Shown: positions 29,669 to 42,880, counted from the stretch's first letter. The stretch is DNA of 64,000 nucleotides from Eledone cirrhosa (GCA_964016885.1 OZ024756.1:36394001-36458000), one strand, 5' to 3'. Program-made: numbers and translations. The notes: generated from the letters alone by a model not told the origin.

Positions 29669-29840
29669 TTGTCTCTACTTTAGGCACAAGGCCAGCAATT
29701 ACTCAGTGCATTACTGGTACTTTATTTTATTGACCCCGTAAGGATGAAAGGCAAAGTCAACCTCGGCGGGATTTGAACTCAGATCGTAAAGGGACGTAAC
29801 TATGCTGGGAAGCATGGCGTCCGACCCTCGACTGATACTA
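29666..29840 (-). mobile_element. tRNA-derived SINE, family 1
   Basis: Reverse family consensus (ggatgaaaggcaaagtcaacctcggcgggatttgaactcag). Confidence 0.85.
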
Positions 29841-30719
29841 GTATAATATGATATGATATGATATAATTGTTTCTACTTTAGGCACAAGGCCAGCAATTAC
29901 CAGTGCATTACTGTATGATATAATATAGTATAATATGATGATAAAATATAGTATAATATATAGTATAGTATATATATATATATACGTAGGTCCCGAATGA
30001 AACAGTACTAGTCCTGTAGAAGCTCCTTCTATAAAATAAATATATATATAAGTAAATAAGCCACCAATATATATAACATTTCAATGAAAAGAGATCGCTA
30101 AATGTCATTCGGAGAAGAAATTACATATAGAACATCATATAAAAAATCACTGAGGGGTAGATCCCAGTTAAGAATCTAAAGAATTTAGATTACTATATTA
30201 GGATCTACCCCTCAGTGATTTTGTATAAGATTTCTTTCTCTCTCTCTCTCTCTCTCTGTCTGTATATGTATATATATATATATAAAATATATATATACAT
30301 ATACATATATATATATGTATGTATGTGTGTGTGTGTGTGTGTTTGTCTGTGTATGTATGTATATTGTCAGTATGTATGTTTGTCGAGAGGAGAGAAAGAC
30401 CAAATTTCCACACGGAAAAACTGATATATGTGTGACGAACGAACAAAAGCTTCACTGTCTTCATCAGCCACCCAATTGGGAAAGTAATTTCGTGTACAAG
30501 GGTGGTATTGAAATGATATTAAACAAAGGTTGCACTGCACGTCGGCTTGAAGAAGCCGCCAGAAAGATGCATATGGGGCAACACTAGAACATAGAAACAG
30601 GGGTGACAAGCACAAAACCCACAAACTGCTTTTTCTATGACCCTCGAGAGAACAATTTTCGTAACTAATATTTTCCTAAAACTTGATAATTTCTCTCTCA
30701 TCCGTTTCCATACTCTTGC

Positions 30720-30763
<44 letters not shown>

Positions 30764-30858
30764 CAGCAACATTAAGCTTGATGCGACAACGTAATGCAGA
30801 CACAATCAATTTTAAGATCAGCTACAGTTGAAAGTACTTTAATATTTAAGAAAAGGAG

Positions 30859-31051
30859 GGCGGTAGATTGACAGTATCGGTAGAGGGTGAGACACCATAC
30901 TTTGCAGCATAGAGTTACGGTCCTTTACGGTCTGAGTTCAAATCTCGCCGCGGTTAACTTTGCCTTTCATCCTTACTGGGTCGATAAAATAAAGTACCAG
31001 TAATGCACTGGTTAATTGCTGGTCTTGTGCCTAAAAATAGAAACAATTATT
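30859..31051 (+). mobile_element. tRNA-derived SINE, family 1, full length
   Basis: Complete consensus from ggcggtagattgacagtatcggtag to tagaaacaattatt. Confidence 0.88.
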
Positions 31052-31255
31052 TAAGATAAGGAAAGGTAGAATGTACTTTAATATTTCAGTGGATTTCACT
31101 TCAAGATAAATTACTGTAAAGTTGAAATATGTATCCGATTTTATATACAGGGTGGGTCAGAATTCATGACTCGCTTGTTAGTTATATTTCTTAACATGCT
31201 TATTTTATTGTTATTGTATTGTGTTCAATGTATGAGATTATTTGCTAAAACAGAC

Positions 31256-31446
31256 GGCGGTGGATTGGAAGTATCGGTAGAGAGTCGGTCACCATGCTCT
31301 GAAGCATAGAGTTACGTCCCTTATGATCTGAGTCCAAATCCCGCCGAGGTTAACTTTGCCTTTCATCCTTACAGGTTCGATAAAATAAAGTACCAGTAAT
31401 GCACTGGGTAATTGCTGGCCTTGTGCCTAAAAATAGAAACAATTAT
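31256..31446 (+). mobile_element. Family 1 SINE with target-site duplication
   Basis: Flanked by the direct repeat attatttgctaaaacagac. Confidence 0.9.
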
Positions 31447-31494
31447 TTGCTAAAACAGACAACATCACTGAAGTCTGCAGAGTAATGGAAGCAA

Positions 31495-31755
31495 CGCCCT
31501 ACTCACAACCACAGGCGCTGAGCTGGCCAGCCGCAGGTGTGAGCCCCTTGCGAGCTGGAATGGCTTTTCCAACGCGTCTCCCTTGCCGTCCTCCGGGGAA
31601 ACGCCTTCTCCATTCTGTCTGCCGGGGACTGTGGAGAGGCCACCAATAGCAGTCAAGTACTGGGGTCGATTCTTCGTCTATATCTCTTTCTCACTTCCAT
31701 TCTCTCTCTCTCTCACACACACACACACACTCCACTCCCTCTCTCTCCCTCTCTA

Positions 31756-31795
<40 letters not shown>

Positions 31796-32113
31796 TCCCC
31801 TCCTCCTCTCTCTCTCCCCCACACACACACTCCACTCCCCCCTCTCTCTCTCACACACACACTCTCTCTCTCTCGCGAGCTGGAATGGCTTTTCCAGCGC
31901 GTCTCCCTTGCCGTCCAGCGGGGAAACGCCTTCTCCATTCTGTCGGCCGGGTCTGTGGGGATTGACTGACTTGTCATTTTACCAGGCGACATGGACACAT
32001 GGCTATAGGTACTTAGCGTGAATTTACTTCTGCCTTTGTATCACCTTTCTATAACTCCATCAGTATTTTACATTTTATAACAAGGCTAATCCTTTGTCGA
32101 CGATTGGCGTTCT
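31495..32113 (+). mobile_element. Two CRE-clade 3' fragments (31495-31630 and 31872-32113)
   Basis: ELEWLFQRVSLAV(L/Q)RGNAFSILSAG occurs twice; the second is followed by the same 3' UTR as 26446-26590. Confidence 0.8.
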
Positions 32114-32498
32114 ATATATGTATGTTTGCATGAATGAATGAATACACGGAAGCAACTTATGGGCTACTGGTACCTACGAGAAAGATCTATAAATAATCAA
32201 GTGAGTCGTGAATTCTGCCCCCCCCTCCCCCTGTACATTAAAGAAAAACATTTAAAATAAATATTAATGAAATCTACATTAGATTGTTTCAAAGATCTAA
32301 TCTGGTGGAGACTGAGAGATTATAATAAACTAACTCAACAACAGAACACGAAGGCAATGTTTTGTTTGATAACGCGAGGAAGGGGTTGGTTTCAGATTTT
32401 GTTTGATAACGTGAGGAAGGGTTGGTTTCACATTTTGTTTGATAACGTGAAGAGGGGTTGGTTTCACATTTTGCTTTTGTTTTCTTTGTTTTAATAAT

Positions 32499-32713
32499 GG
32501 TTTCTACTATAGCCACAAGACCAGCAATTTGGAGAGAGGGGAAAGTCGATTAAATTGACCCCAGTACATTACTGGTACTTTATTTTATCGACCTCGTAAG
32601 GATGAAAGGCAAAGTTAACCTCGGCGGGATTTGAACTCAGAACACAAGGAGCCGTAACTCTATGCTGCAAAGCATGGTGTCCGACCCTCTACCGATACTG
32701 CCAATCCACCGCC
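32499..32713 (-). mobile_element. tRNA-derived SINE, family 1, full length
   Basis: Reverse family consensus. Confidence 0.88.
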
Positions 32714-32780
32714 CTTTTCTTTGTTTTTCGATGTGCAACGAAAGAACTTTGATAGACTATTATATATATATATATATATA

Positions 32781-33056
32781 AGCAAGATGTATGGTAGGTC
32801 GTATGTGAATCGCGATGATCACGTCTGACCTACCAAATATGTGACGGTAGCTAGTTAAGCTCTATGCGTATACGCAGAACAGAAATATTAGTGAAAAAGA
32901 ACAAAGGAACTATTATGACATTATAACGAGTTTATTGCCGACAGCCGTTTCGTCCGACCATCACATGTTATATGCCTTGAAAAGTCCCACCATATGGTCG
33001 GACGAAACGGCAATAAACTCGTTATAATGTCATAATAGTTCCTTTGTTCTTTTTCA

Positions 33057-33063
<7 letters not shown>
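32781..33063 (-). mobile_element. Family H Penelope-like fold-back element
   Basis: Inverted arms 32885-32961 / 32994-33063; minus arm reads ggacGAAACggctGTCggcaataaa; about 100-bp tail to (TA)n at 32780. Confidence 0.8.
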
Positions 33064-33119
<56 letters not shown>

Positions 33120-33275
33120 TTTTAACCGTTGGTCAGTCAATGATAAACATTGATTGCTAAATAAATTAACTATGGAGATATAAAAGATACAGAAGCGAAA
33201 ACAAACCAAACATTGAGTGTGTTCTGTAATTATTTCTGGCAATATTATAACAACAATATGACCCTCCCCAAGTAT

Positions 33276-33967
<692 letters not shown>

Positions 33968-34290
33968 GAATGCACCAAAGGACTCGCAAATGCAACTCCG
34001 TCTGAGGAGGTTACATAAATGTTTAGAAATATCGTATTTATGTAGAAGCTGCCTTTCCTCTATCTCAATGGAGTTATTGTTAATAAGCTAAACCTCTTGG
34101 GTTGGTGGTCGCATGGGAAGTTGGTTTCCTAATAATTTTATATTCTCTCATATTACCGAATCCATAGGCGGAGTACGGGAAACAGCGAGAAAGTTGAGAT
34201 AAATATTCACATCAAGCCAAGGTATCATTTTACCACACATACACACACTCACACACACATGTATGTACACACACACACACATGTATGTAT

Positions 34291-34407
<117 letters not shown>

Positions 34408-34462
34408 CATATATATATATGCATACACACACATGTATGTACACACACACACATGTCTGTTT

Positions 34463-34517
<55 letters not shown>

Positions 34518-34573
34518 CATATATATATGCATATACATATATATATATATATATTTATATATACATATACATC

Positions 34574-34621
<48 letters not shown>

Positions 34622-35039
34622 AATATATATATTTATATAAATGTATGTATATCCACACACACACACATACATTCACACACACATACATATATATACATAC
34701 ACACACACATACCCCCATATATATATATATATATATATATAATAATAATGGAGCTGCGGCGTTGCAAATGGGGTACATATGAAAAAGCAAGTCCTTCATC
34801 AGTGGCCCTCCAACCGTTCTAGGCATTTCATCACTTTAAGGGCCATATACTTCAGGTTGGTGCGAACAACGGCTAAAAAAAGTCGTTGGGACACGTAAAT
34901 AAAGGGGACGCTGGGGTGAACAAACAAAATGGTTTAAACAACAGAAAGTGAGAAGAAAGAGACAAGACATATATATATATATAGAGAGAGAATTAGCCGT
35001 CGAAACGGCTTGAGCTCAGCCGTCGGGGTCTTACTTACT

Positions 35040-35096
<57 letters not shown>

Positions 35097-35339
35097 ACAC
35101 ACACAAACGTACATATAAACACACATCATTTTTCATCAAAAATGTCACTTCTATTTTTTCATCGCAAGCACTATTATTATGCTGCTGAAAAGGTCGGGGG
35201 TCGGGGAATTGCCAGTATCGGTAGGAGGTTGGACGCCATGCTTTCTAGCATAGATACGTGGTGGTGGAGTTGGTGGCTATGGTGGTGGTCGTGGTGGGAA
35301 GGCTTATATTTGTCGTCGTGGTAATGGATGTGAGAGTGA

Positions 35340-35592
35340 TGTGGTGGCGAGTCGTAGTGGTGCTAACAGAGCTAGTGTTGGTGGTGGTGGTGGTGGTGGT
35401 GGTGGTGCTAATGGTGGTGGTGGTGGTGCTAACAGAGCTAGTGGTGGTGGTGCTAATGGACCTGGTGGTGGTGGTGGTGGTGGTGGTGGTGGTGGTGGTG
35501 GTGGTGTTAATGGAGCTAGTGGTGGTGGTGGTGGTGGTAGTGGTGGTGCTAATGGAGCTAGTGGTGGTGGTGGTGGTGGTGGTGGTGGTGGT
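35340..35592. repeat. (GGT)n microsatellite with gctaatggagcta-like interruptions
   Basis: Direct inspection. Confidence 0.95.
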
Positions 35593-35816
35593 TGATTAGT
35601 TTCGTCGTGGTTGTGGCGGTAGTGGTGGCAAGAATGGTCCCACGTCCCACTGCATGGTTTGTCCGAAGCTAATTGATAATGGCTGAAGTGTAATATGAGC
35701 GTGATGCTGGACAATTGTACACACTTGAATAAGTTGATAAATGAGGGAACTGATAAATAATGAGAAATAATGAAATTAGATAGAAACGGTGTTGCCCCTG
35801 GCTGTATAGTCAGTGT

Positions 35817-38545
35817 GACAGACAGTGTGTAGATGTTGGCTGTGTAGATAGGGTGTAGATGTTGGCTGTGTAGATAGACAGTGTGTAGATGTTGGCTGTG
35901 TAGATAGATAGGGTGTAGATGTTGGCTGTGTAGATAGATAGGGTGTAGATGTTGGCTGTGTAGATAGGGTGTAGATGTTGGCTGTGTAGATAGGGTGTAG
36001 ATGTTGGCTGTGTAGATAGCTAGGGTGTAGATGTTGGCTGTGTAGATAGGGTGTAGATGTTGGCTGTGTAGATAGGGTGTAGATGTTGGCTGTGTAGATA
36101 GCTAGGGTGTAGATGTTGGCTGTGTAGATAGGGTGTAGATGTTGGCTGTGTAGATGTTGGCTGTGTAGATAGGGTGTAGATGTTGGCTGTGTAGATAGGG
36201 TGTAGATGTTGGCTGTGTAGATAGGGTGTAGATGTTGGCTGTGTAGATAGATAGGGTGTAGATGTTGGCTGTGTAGATAGATAGGGTGTAGATGTTGGCT
36301 GTGTAGATAGGGTGTAGATGTTGGCTGTGTAGATAGGGTGTAGATGTTGGCTGTGTAGATAGATAGGGTGCAGATTTGGCTGTGTAGATAGATAGGGTGT
36401 AGATGTTGGCTGTGTAGATAGATAGGGTGTAGATAGGGTGTAGATGTTGGCTGTGTAGATAGCTAGGGTGTAGATGTTGGCTGTGTAGATAGGGTGTAGA
36501 TGTTGTCTGTGTAGATAGATAGGGTGTAGATGTTGGCTGTGTAGATAGGGTGTAGATGTTGGATGTGTAGATAGGGTGTAGATGTTGGCTGTGTAGATAG
36601 ATAGGGTGTAGATGTTGGCTGTGTAGATAGGGTGTAGATGTTGGCTGTGTAGATAGATAGGGTGTAGATGTTGGCTGTGTAGATAGGGTGTAGATGTTGG
36701 CTGTGTAGATAGATAGGGTGTAGATGTTGGCTGTGTAGATAGGGTGTAGATGTTGGCTGTGTAGATAGATAGGGTGTAGATGTTGGCTGTGTAGATAGGG
36801 TGTAGATGTTGGCTGTGTAGATAGGGTGTAGATGTTGGCTGTGTAGATAGATAGGGTGTAGATGTTGGCTGTGTAGATAGGGTGTAGATGTTGGCTGTGT
36901 AGATAGATAGGGTGTAGATGTTGGCTGTGTAGATAGGGTGTAGATTTGGCTGTGTAGATAGATAGGGTGTAGATGTTGGCTGTGTAGATAGATAGGGTGT
37001 AGATGTTGGCTGTGTAGATAGGGTGTAGATGTTGGCTGTGTAGATAGGGTGTAGATGTTGTCTGTGTAGATAGATAGGGTGTAGATGTTGGCTGTGTAGA
37101 TAGATAGGGTGTAGATAGGGTGTAGATGTTGGCTGTGTAGATAGCTAGGGTGTAGATGTTGGCTGTGTAGATAGGGTGTAGATGTTGTCTGTGTAGATAG
37201 TTAGGGTGTAGATGTTGGCTGTGTAGATAGGGTGTAGATGTTGGCTGTGTAGATAGGGTGTAGATGTTGGCTGTGTAGATAGCTAGGGTGTAGATGTTGG
37301 CTGTGTAGATAGGGTGTAGATGTTGTCTGTGTAGATAGTTAGGGTGTAGATGTTGGCTGTGTAGATAGGGTGTAGATGTTGGCTGTGTAGATAGGGTGTA
37401 GATGTTGGCTGTGTAGATAGCTAGGGTGTAGATGTTGGCTGTGTAGATAGGGTGTAGATGTTGGCTGTGTAGATAGGGTGTAGATGTTTGCTGTGTAGAT
37501 AGGGTGTAGATGTTGGCTGTGTAGATAGATAGTGTATAGATGTTGGCTGTGTAGATAGGGTGTAGATGTTGGCTGTGTAGATAGATAGGGTGTAGATGTT
37601 GGCTGTGTAGATAGGGTGTAGATGTTGGCTGTGTAGATAGATAGCGTGTAGATGTTGGCTGTGTAGATAGGGTGTAGATGTTGGCTGTGTAGATAGATAG
37701 GGTGTAGATGTTGGCTGTGTAGATAGGGTGTAGATGTTGGCTGTGTAGATAGATAGAGTGTAGATGTTGGCTGTGTAGATAGCTAGGGTGTAGATGTTGG
37801 CTGTGTAGATAGGGTGTAGATGTTGGCTGTGTAGATGTTGGCTGTGTAGATAGCTAGGGTGTAGATGTTGGCTGTGTAGATAGATAGGGTATAGATGTTG
37901 GCTGTGTAGATAGCTAGGGTGTAGATGCTGGCTGTGTAGATAGCTAGGGTGTAGATGTTGGCTGTGTAGATAGGGTGTAGATGTTGGCTGTGTAGATAGA
38001 TAGGGTGTAGATGTTGTCTGTGTAGATGTTGGCTGTGTAGATAGACACAGTGTGTAGATGTTTACAGGATATATATATACAGTGTGTAGATGTTGACTAT
38101 ATATATATACAGTGTGTAGATTTTGACAGGATATATAGACACAGTGTGTAGATGTTGACTGGATATATAGATACAGTGTGTAGATGTTGACTGGGTATAT
38201 AGACACAGTGTGTAGATATTGACTGGGTATATATATACAGTGTGTAGATGTTGACTGGGTATATATATATACAGTGTGTAGATATTGACTGGGTATATAT
38301 ATATACAGTATGTAGATGTTGACTGGGTATATATATACAGTGTGTAGATGTTGACTGGGTATATATAGACAGTGTGTAGATATTGACTGGGTATATATAC
38401 AGTGTGTAGATATTGACTGGGTATATATAGACAGTGTGTAGATGTTGACTGTATATATAAAGTGTGTAGATATTGACTGGGTATATAGACACAGTGTGTA
38501 GATGTTGACACTATAGATAGGTACAGTGTATTAGTGTTGACTGGA
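35817..38545. repeat. 2.7-kb minisatellite (26/30-bp units) grading into a variant 30-36 bp unit after about 38050
   Basis: gtgtagatgttggctgtgtagata(gata)gg repeats, then acagtgtgtagatgttgactgggtatatat repeats. Confidence 0.97.
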
Positions 38546-39033
38546 CCGTGTGTATGTGAGTATGTGTGTATGTGTGTATATGAGTGTATGAATGTATGCT
38601 CCACTCATATCTTGTATACTCATGTATGTGAGTGTGTGTGAGTGTATGTGTGTATATATGTGAGTGTATTGGTGTATGTGTGTGAGTGTATGTGTGTATA
38701 TATGTGTGTGTATATCTGACTTCTTGTGTATATACTGTTCCCAACTATCTTGGGAATAATATATCTTGCTTAAATAAGATGAACTGGATAACATGTAAGA
38801 CAAGAAGTCTCTTAGATGTGTGTGTGTGTGCGTATGTGTATATATGTGTGTGTGTCTATCTAAACATACTTTACATATGTATGTGGGTATGTGCGTGTGT
38901 ATGTTCATATATATATATACATGTGTGTGTGTGTGTGTATTTGTAAATATACTTTACATATGTGTGTATATTTACATATATATACACACATGTATATATA
39001 TATATATAAATATATATATATATACATACATAG

Positions 39034-39082
<49 letters not shown>

Positions 39083-39147
39083 CATGTGTGTATGTGTGTG
39101 TCTATGTAAATATACTTTATATATGTGTGTGTATGTGCTTGTGTATG

Positions 39148-39179
<32 letters not shown>

Positions 39180-39491
39180 CATGTGTGTGTGTGTGTGTAT
39201 GTATGCATGTGTACATGTGCATGTGTATGTGTGTGTGTAAGTTTATGTCTGTGTATGTGTGTGTGTATGTGTCTGTGTATGTGTGTGTGTATGTCTCTCA
39301 GGTATTTTATATATGTGAGTATGATCATGTACGGCCATCATTTTGACTTAAGTCCAGAGATAAAAGATGAGAGATTCTTGATGTTTGTTTCTGAAACAGA
39401 GACTATAGATAGCAACAACAACAACTACAATAGCAACAACAACAACTACAATAGCAACAACAGCAACAACAACAACAGTAACAACAACAGT

Positions 39492-39522
<31 letters not shown>

Positions 39523-40419
39523 CTAGTAACAACAACAACAACAACAGTAACAAAACAGTACCACCACCACCACCATCACCACCACCAACAACAACAACAA
39601 TAACAATAATAACAACAACACCAACAACAACAACAGTACCACCACCACCACCACCACCACCACCACCACCAAGAACAACAATAACAACAACAATAACAAC
39701 AACAACAAGTAGTAACAGTACATAAGCGGAAACATATGAGTCTGTAAGGCCGAAACATGTCGTGGGAAGATTGCTGTTTGTAGGTCATTTTTTTTCTTAA
39801 CTCCTTTGACATAAACCTATACATACATATATATATATATATATATATGTATATGTGTGTGTGTGTATATGTATATATATATATATATATATATACTTTC
39901 TGTTAGTAATATTGACATCACTGTGAGTATTTTTAGTTGACACAGGCACGTACTTACTTTCGTATGTATGTATGTATCTATGTATCTATGTATGTATGTA
40001 TGCATTTATGTATGTACGTAAGTATTATGTATGTATGTATCTATGTATGTATGTATGCATCTATGTATATACATAAGTATGTATGTATGTATCAATGTAT
40101 GTACGTACGTATGTAATATCATCACACAAGCCATAAGTTACATGTTTTCTTTTGAGTTATTGTCCTTTATAAATCCTTAACATCTAGGGCGTAACGACTG
40201 AGAAGCAATGACCCCTGCAGTCACTTCTTAATTAATTAATCTATGACCTTAACAAATCTAGGACGGACTTTGACACATATTCATTTCTTTTAGTGTGCAT
40301 TCTAATGTCTTTAATATTGTGTGTCAGTTCCGTTCATGCTTGAAGAAGATAAGAAAAAAGAAAGCTAACGATGTGTGTATGTTCACAGCTCCAGTTAGGC
40401 TTTGGTGAAATCGGGTTTC

Positions 40420-40983
40420 CTTGGCCCTAGGGCTACCTTCCTATTCACCACCATGGGCACAGAGTTGGCTACCCATAACAGTGCAGACTTCTGGTGTCCT
40501 TAGCCCTAGGGTCACCTCCCTATTAACCACCATCTGCACAGAGTTGGCTATCCATAACAGTGCAGACTTCTGGTGTCCTTTGGCCCTGGGGTCACCTCCC
40601 TACTCACCGCCATCGGCACAGAGTTGGCTACCCATAGTAGTGGAGACTTCTAGTGTCCTTGGCCCTAGGGTCACCTCCCTACTCACCACCATCGGCACAG
40701 AGTTGGCTACCTGTAGTAGTAGAGACTTCTAGTGTCCTTGGCCCTAGGGTCACCTCCCTACTCACCGCCATCGGCACAGAGTTGGCTACCCATAGTAGTA
40801 GAGACTTCTAGTGTCCTTGGCCCTAGGGTCACCTCCCTACTCACCGCCATCGGCACAGAGTTAGCTACCCATAGTAGTAGAGACTTCTAGTGTCCTTGGC
40901 CCTAGGGTCACCTCCCTACTCACCGCCATCGGCACAGTTGGCTACCTGTAGTAGTGGAGACTTCTGGAGCCCTTGGTCCTAAG
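40420..40983 (+). repeat. 79-bp minisatellite derived from CRE endonuclease coding sequence, about 7 copies
   Basis: Unit encodes VVETSSVLGPRVTSLLTTIGTELA, matching AVETSGVLGSRATSLLTTIGAELA in the 26587-26952 ORF. Confidence 0.9.
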
Positions 40984-40992
40984 ACCTCCTAC

Positions 40993-41173
40993 GATCATCA
41001 AATCGATCGTGCCTCGAGCTGGTCGCCAGAGAAACGATTGTAATATGTCCAATAAATTCCATTCGTCGCAACACTGATTCTCTTTTTTTTTCTGTGATAT
41101 CATACTCTGCTCTATGAGACGATCGAGTGCTCATACGGCCTACCGCATACAGACGCTTTAAGCATCCAACACC

Positions 41174-41178
<5 letters not shown>
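40993..41178 (+). mobile_element. Family I Penelope-like pLTR remnant
   Basis: GAAACgattGTA, then aataaa and a tactc...gagtg hairpin, ending in (TA)n. Confidence 0.7.
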
Positions 41179-41226
<48 letters not shown>

Positions 41227-41228
<2 letters not shown>

Positions 41229-41390
41229 AATGAAGTAATTCCGTCGGAAAAGTCCAGGAAAAAAGAGTGCTCTATGTAGGTAACAGAGCTTAATAGTTAT
41301 GTAATAAACAACATAAAGCAATTATTTCATTTACCAGTGATTTCTTAAAAGCAAAAAAAATTTGCTTTCAATCATCAGAATGAAAAAATG
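41227..41390 (-). mobile_element. Family D Penelope-like pLTR remnant
   Basis: Hammerhead motif plus a 100-nt tail to (TA)n; homologues at 14021, 24545 and 46574. Confidence 0.8.
41325..41385 (-). ncRNA. Type I hammerhead ribozyme motif (family D)
   Basis: Minus strand: tttcatt CTGATGA tt gaaagcaaa-ttttt-tttgctttt aa GAAA tc-act-gg TA aatgaaa; 7-bp stem I. Confidence 0.8.
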
Positions 41391-41788
41391 CAAAAAATGC
41401 AAAAATGAAAAAATCCTATATATATATAAAGGGCGGAAGAACTCATAAGAGTCAACGGCCATCCAAAAGTGTGTAAATATGTATATACACATGTACCGCG
41501 TGGTTAAACCACTGGGAGTGAAGGACCCCTAGTCTTTGTCAGGGCATTCTTCTAGGAGAAGGCAACTCAGGAAACTGGGATAACTCCGATATAAAACCTG
41601 CGGCTCAGTAGTTACCGATGGTGTTGATCTTTTCTTCTTTTCGGGTTATAGCTACTGTCGCTCAGAGAGTGGGATTGGCTCAGTGCACAGTCTTTCCTCA
41701 CTTTCAAATATATCTTCACCCATTGCACGATAGAATTAATTAATAATTATTAATAATGGTATATCATGCAATGGCCATACTCGATAAC

Positions 41789-41883
<95 letters not shown>

Positions 41884-42004
41884 GTATGTATATATATTAT
41901 ATATATATGTGTGTGTGTAGGAGAGGTGAATGGCTGAAGAATGAATGAAATAATGGTATGAGAAAACTTGTTGAAGGAAAATATAACACAGGAACATATA
42001 ATAG

Positions 42005-42018
42005 ATAGAAGAGGAAGA

Positions 42019-42087
<69 letters not shown>

Positions 42088-42880
42088 AGAAGAAGAAGAA
42101 GAAGAAGAAGAAGAAGAAGAAGAAGAAGAAGAAGAAGAAGAAGAAGGAATGAATAGAAGAAGAGAAGAAGAAGAAGAAGAAGAAGAAGAAGAAGAAGAAG
42201 AAAAGAAGAAGAAGAATGAATGAATAGAAGAAGAAGAAGAAGAAGAAGAAGAAAGAAGAAGAAGAAGAAGAAAGAAGAAGAAGAAGAAGAAGAATGAATA
42301 GAAGAAGAAGAAGAAGAAGAAGAAGAAGAAGAAGAAGAATAAGAAGAATGAATGAATAGAAAAAGAAGAAGAAGAAGAAGAAGAAGAATGAATGAATAGA
42401 AGAAGAAGAAGAAGAAGAAGAAGAAGAAGAAGAAGAAGAAGAAGAAGAAGAAGAAGAAGAATGAATGAATAGAAGAAGAAGAAGAAGAAGAAGAAGAAGA
42501 AGAAGAAGAAGAAGAAGAAGAATGAAAGAAAGAAGAAGAAGAGAAGAAGAAGAAGAAGAAGGGAAGAAGAATGAATGAAAGAAGAAGAAGATGAAGAAGA
42601 GAAGAAGAGAAGAAGAAGAAGAAGAAGAATGAAAGAAGAAGAAGATGGAGAAGAAGAAGAAGAAGGAGAGAATGAAAGAAGAAGAAGAAAGAAGAAGAAG
42701 AAGAAGAAGAAGAAGAAGAAGAAGAAGAAGAAGAAGAAGAAGAAGGAAGAAGAAAGAAGAAGAAGAAGAAGAAGAAGAAGAAGAAGAAGAAGATGGAGAA
42801 GAAGAAGAAGATGGAGAGAAGAAGAAGAAGAAGAATGAAAGAAGAAGAAGAAGAAGAAGAAGAAGAAGAAGAAGAAGAAG
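42005..42880. repeat. (GAA)n microsatellite with gaat interruptions
   Basis: Direct inspection. Confidence 0.98.

Larger units (their letters stand above)
31148..32233. mobile_element. Tc1/mariner-type MITE expanded by nested insertions
   Basis: TA-flanked TIRs cagggtgggtcagaattcatgactcgcttg and caagtgagtcgtgaattctgccc...cctg. Confidence 0.7.

Noticed and set aside
30395-30630. Unique-looking segment as a possible host exon
   Set aside because: No recognisable protein in any frame and no convincing splice-site pair; cannot be excluded without RNA-seq.
35817-38545. CRISPR-like regular repeats (also 55085-55690 and 59730-60900)
   Set aside because: Head-to-tail units without unique spacers, no cas genes, eukaryotic context.
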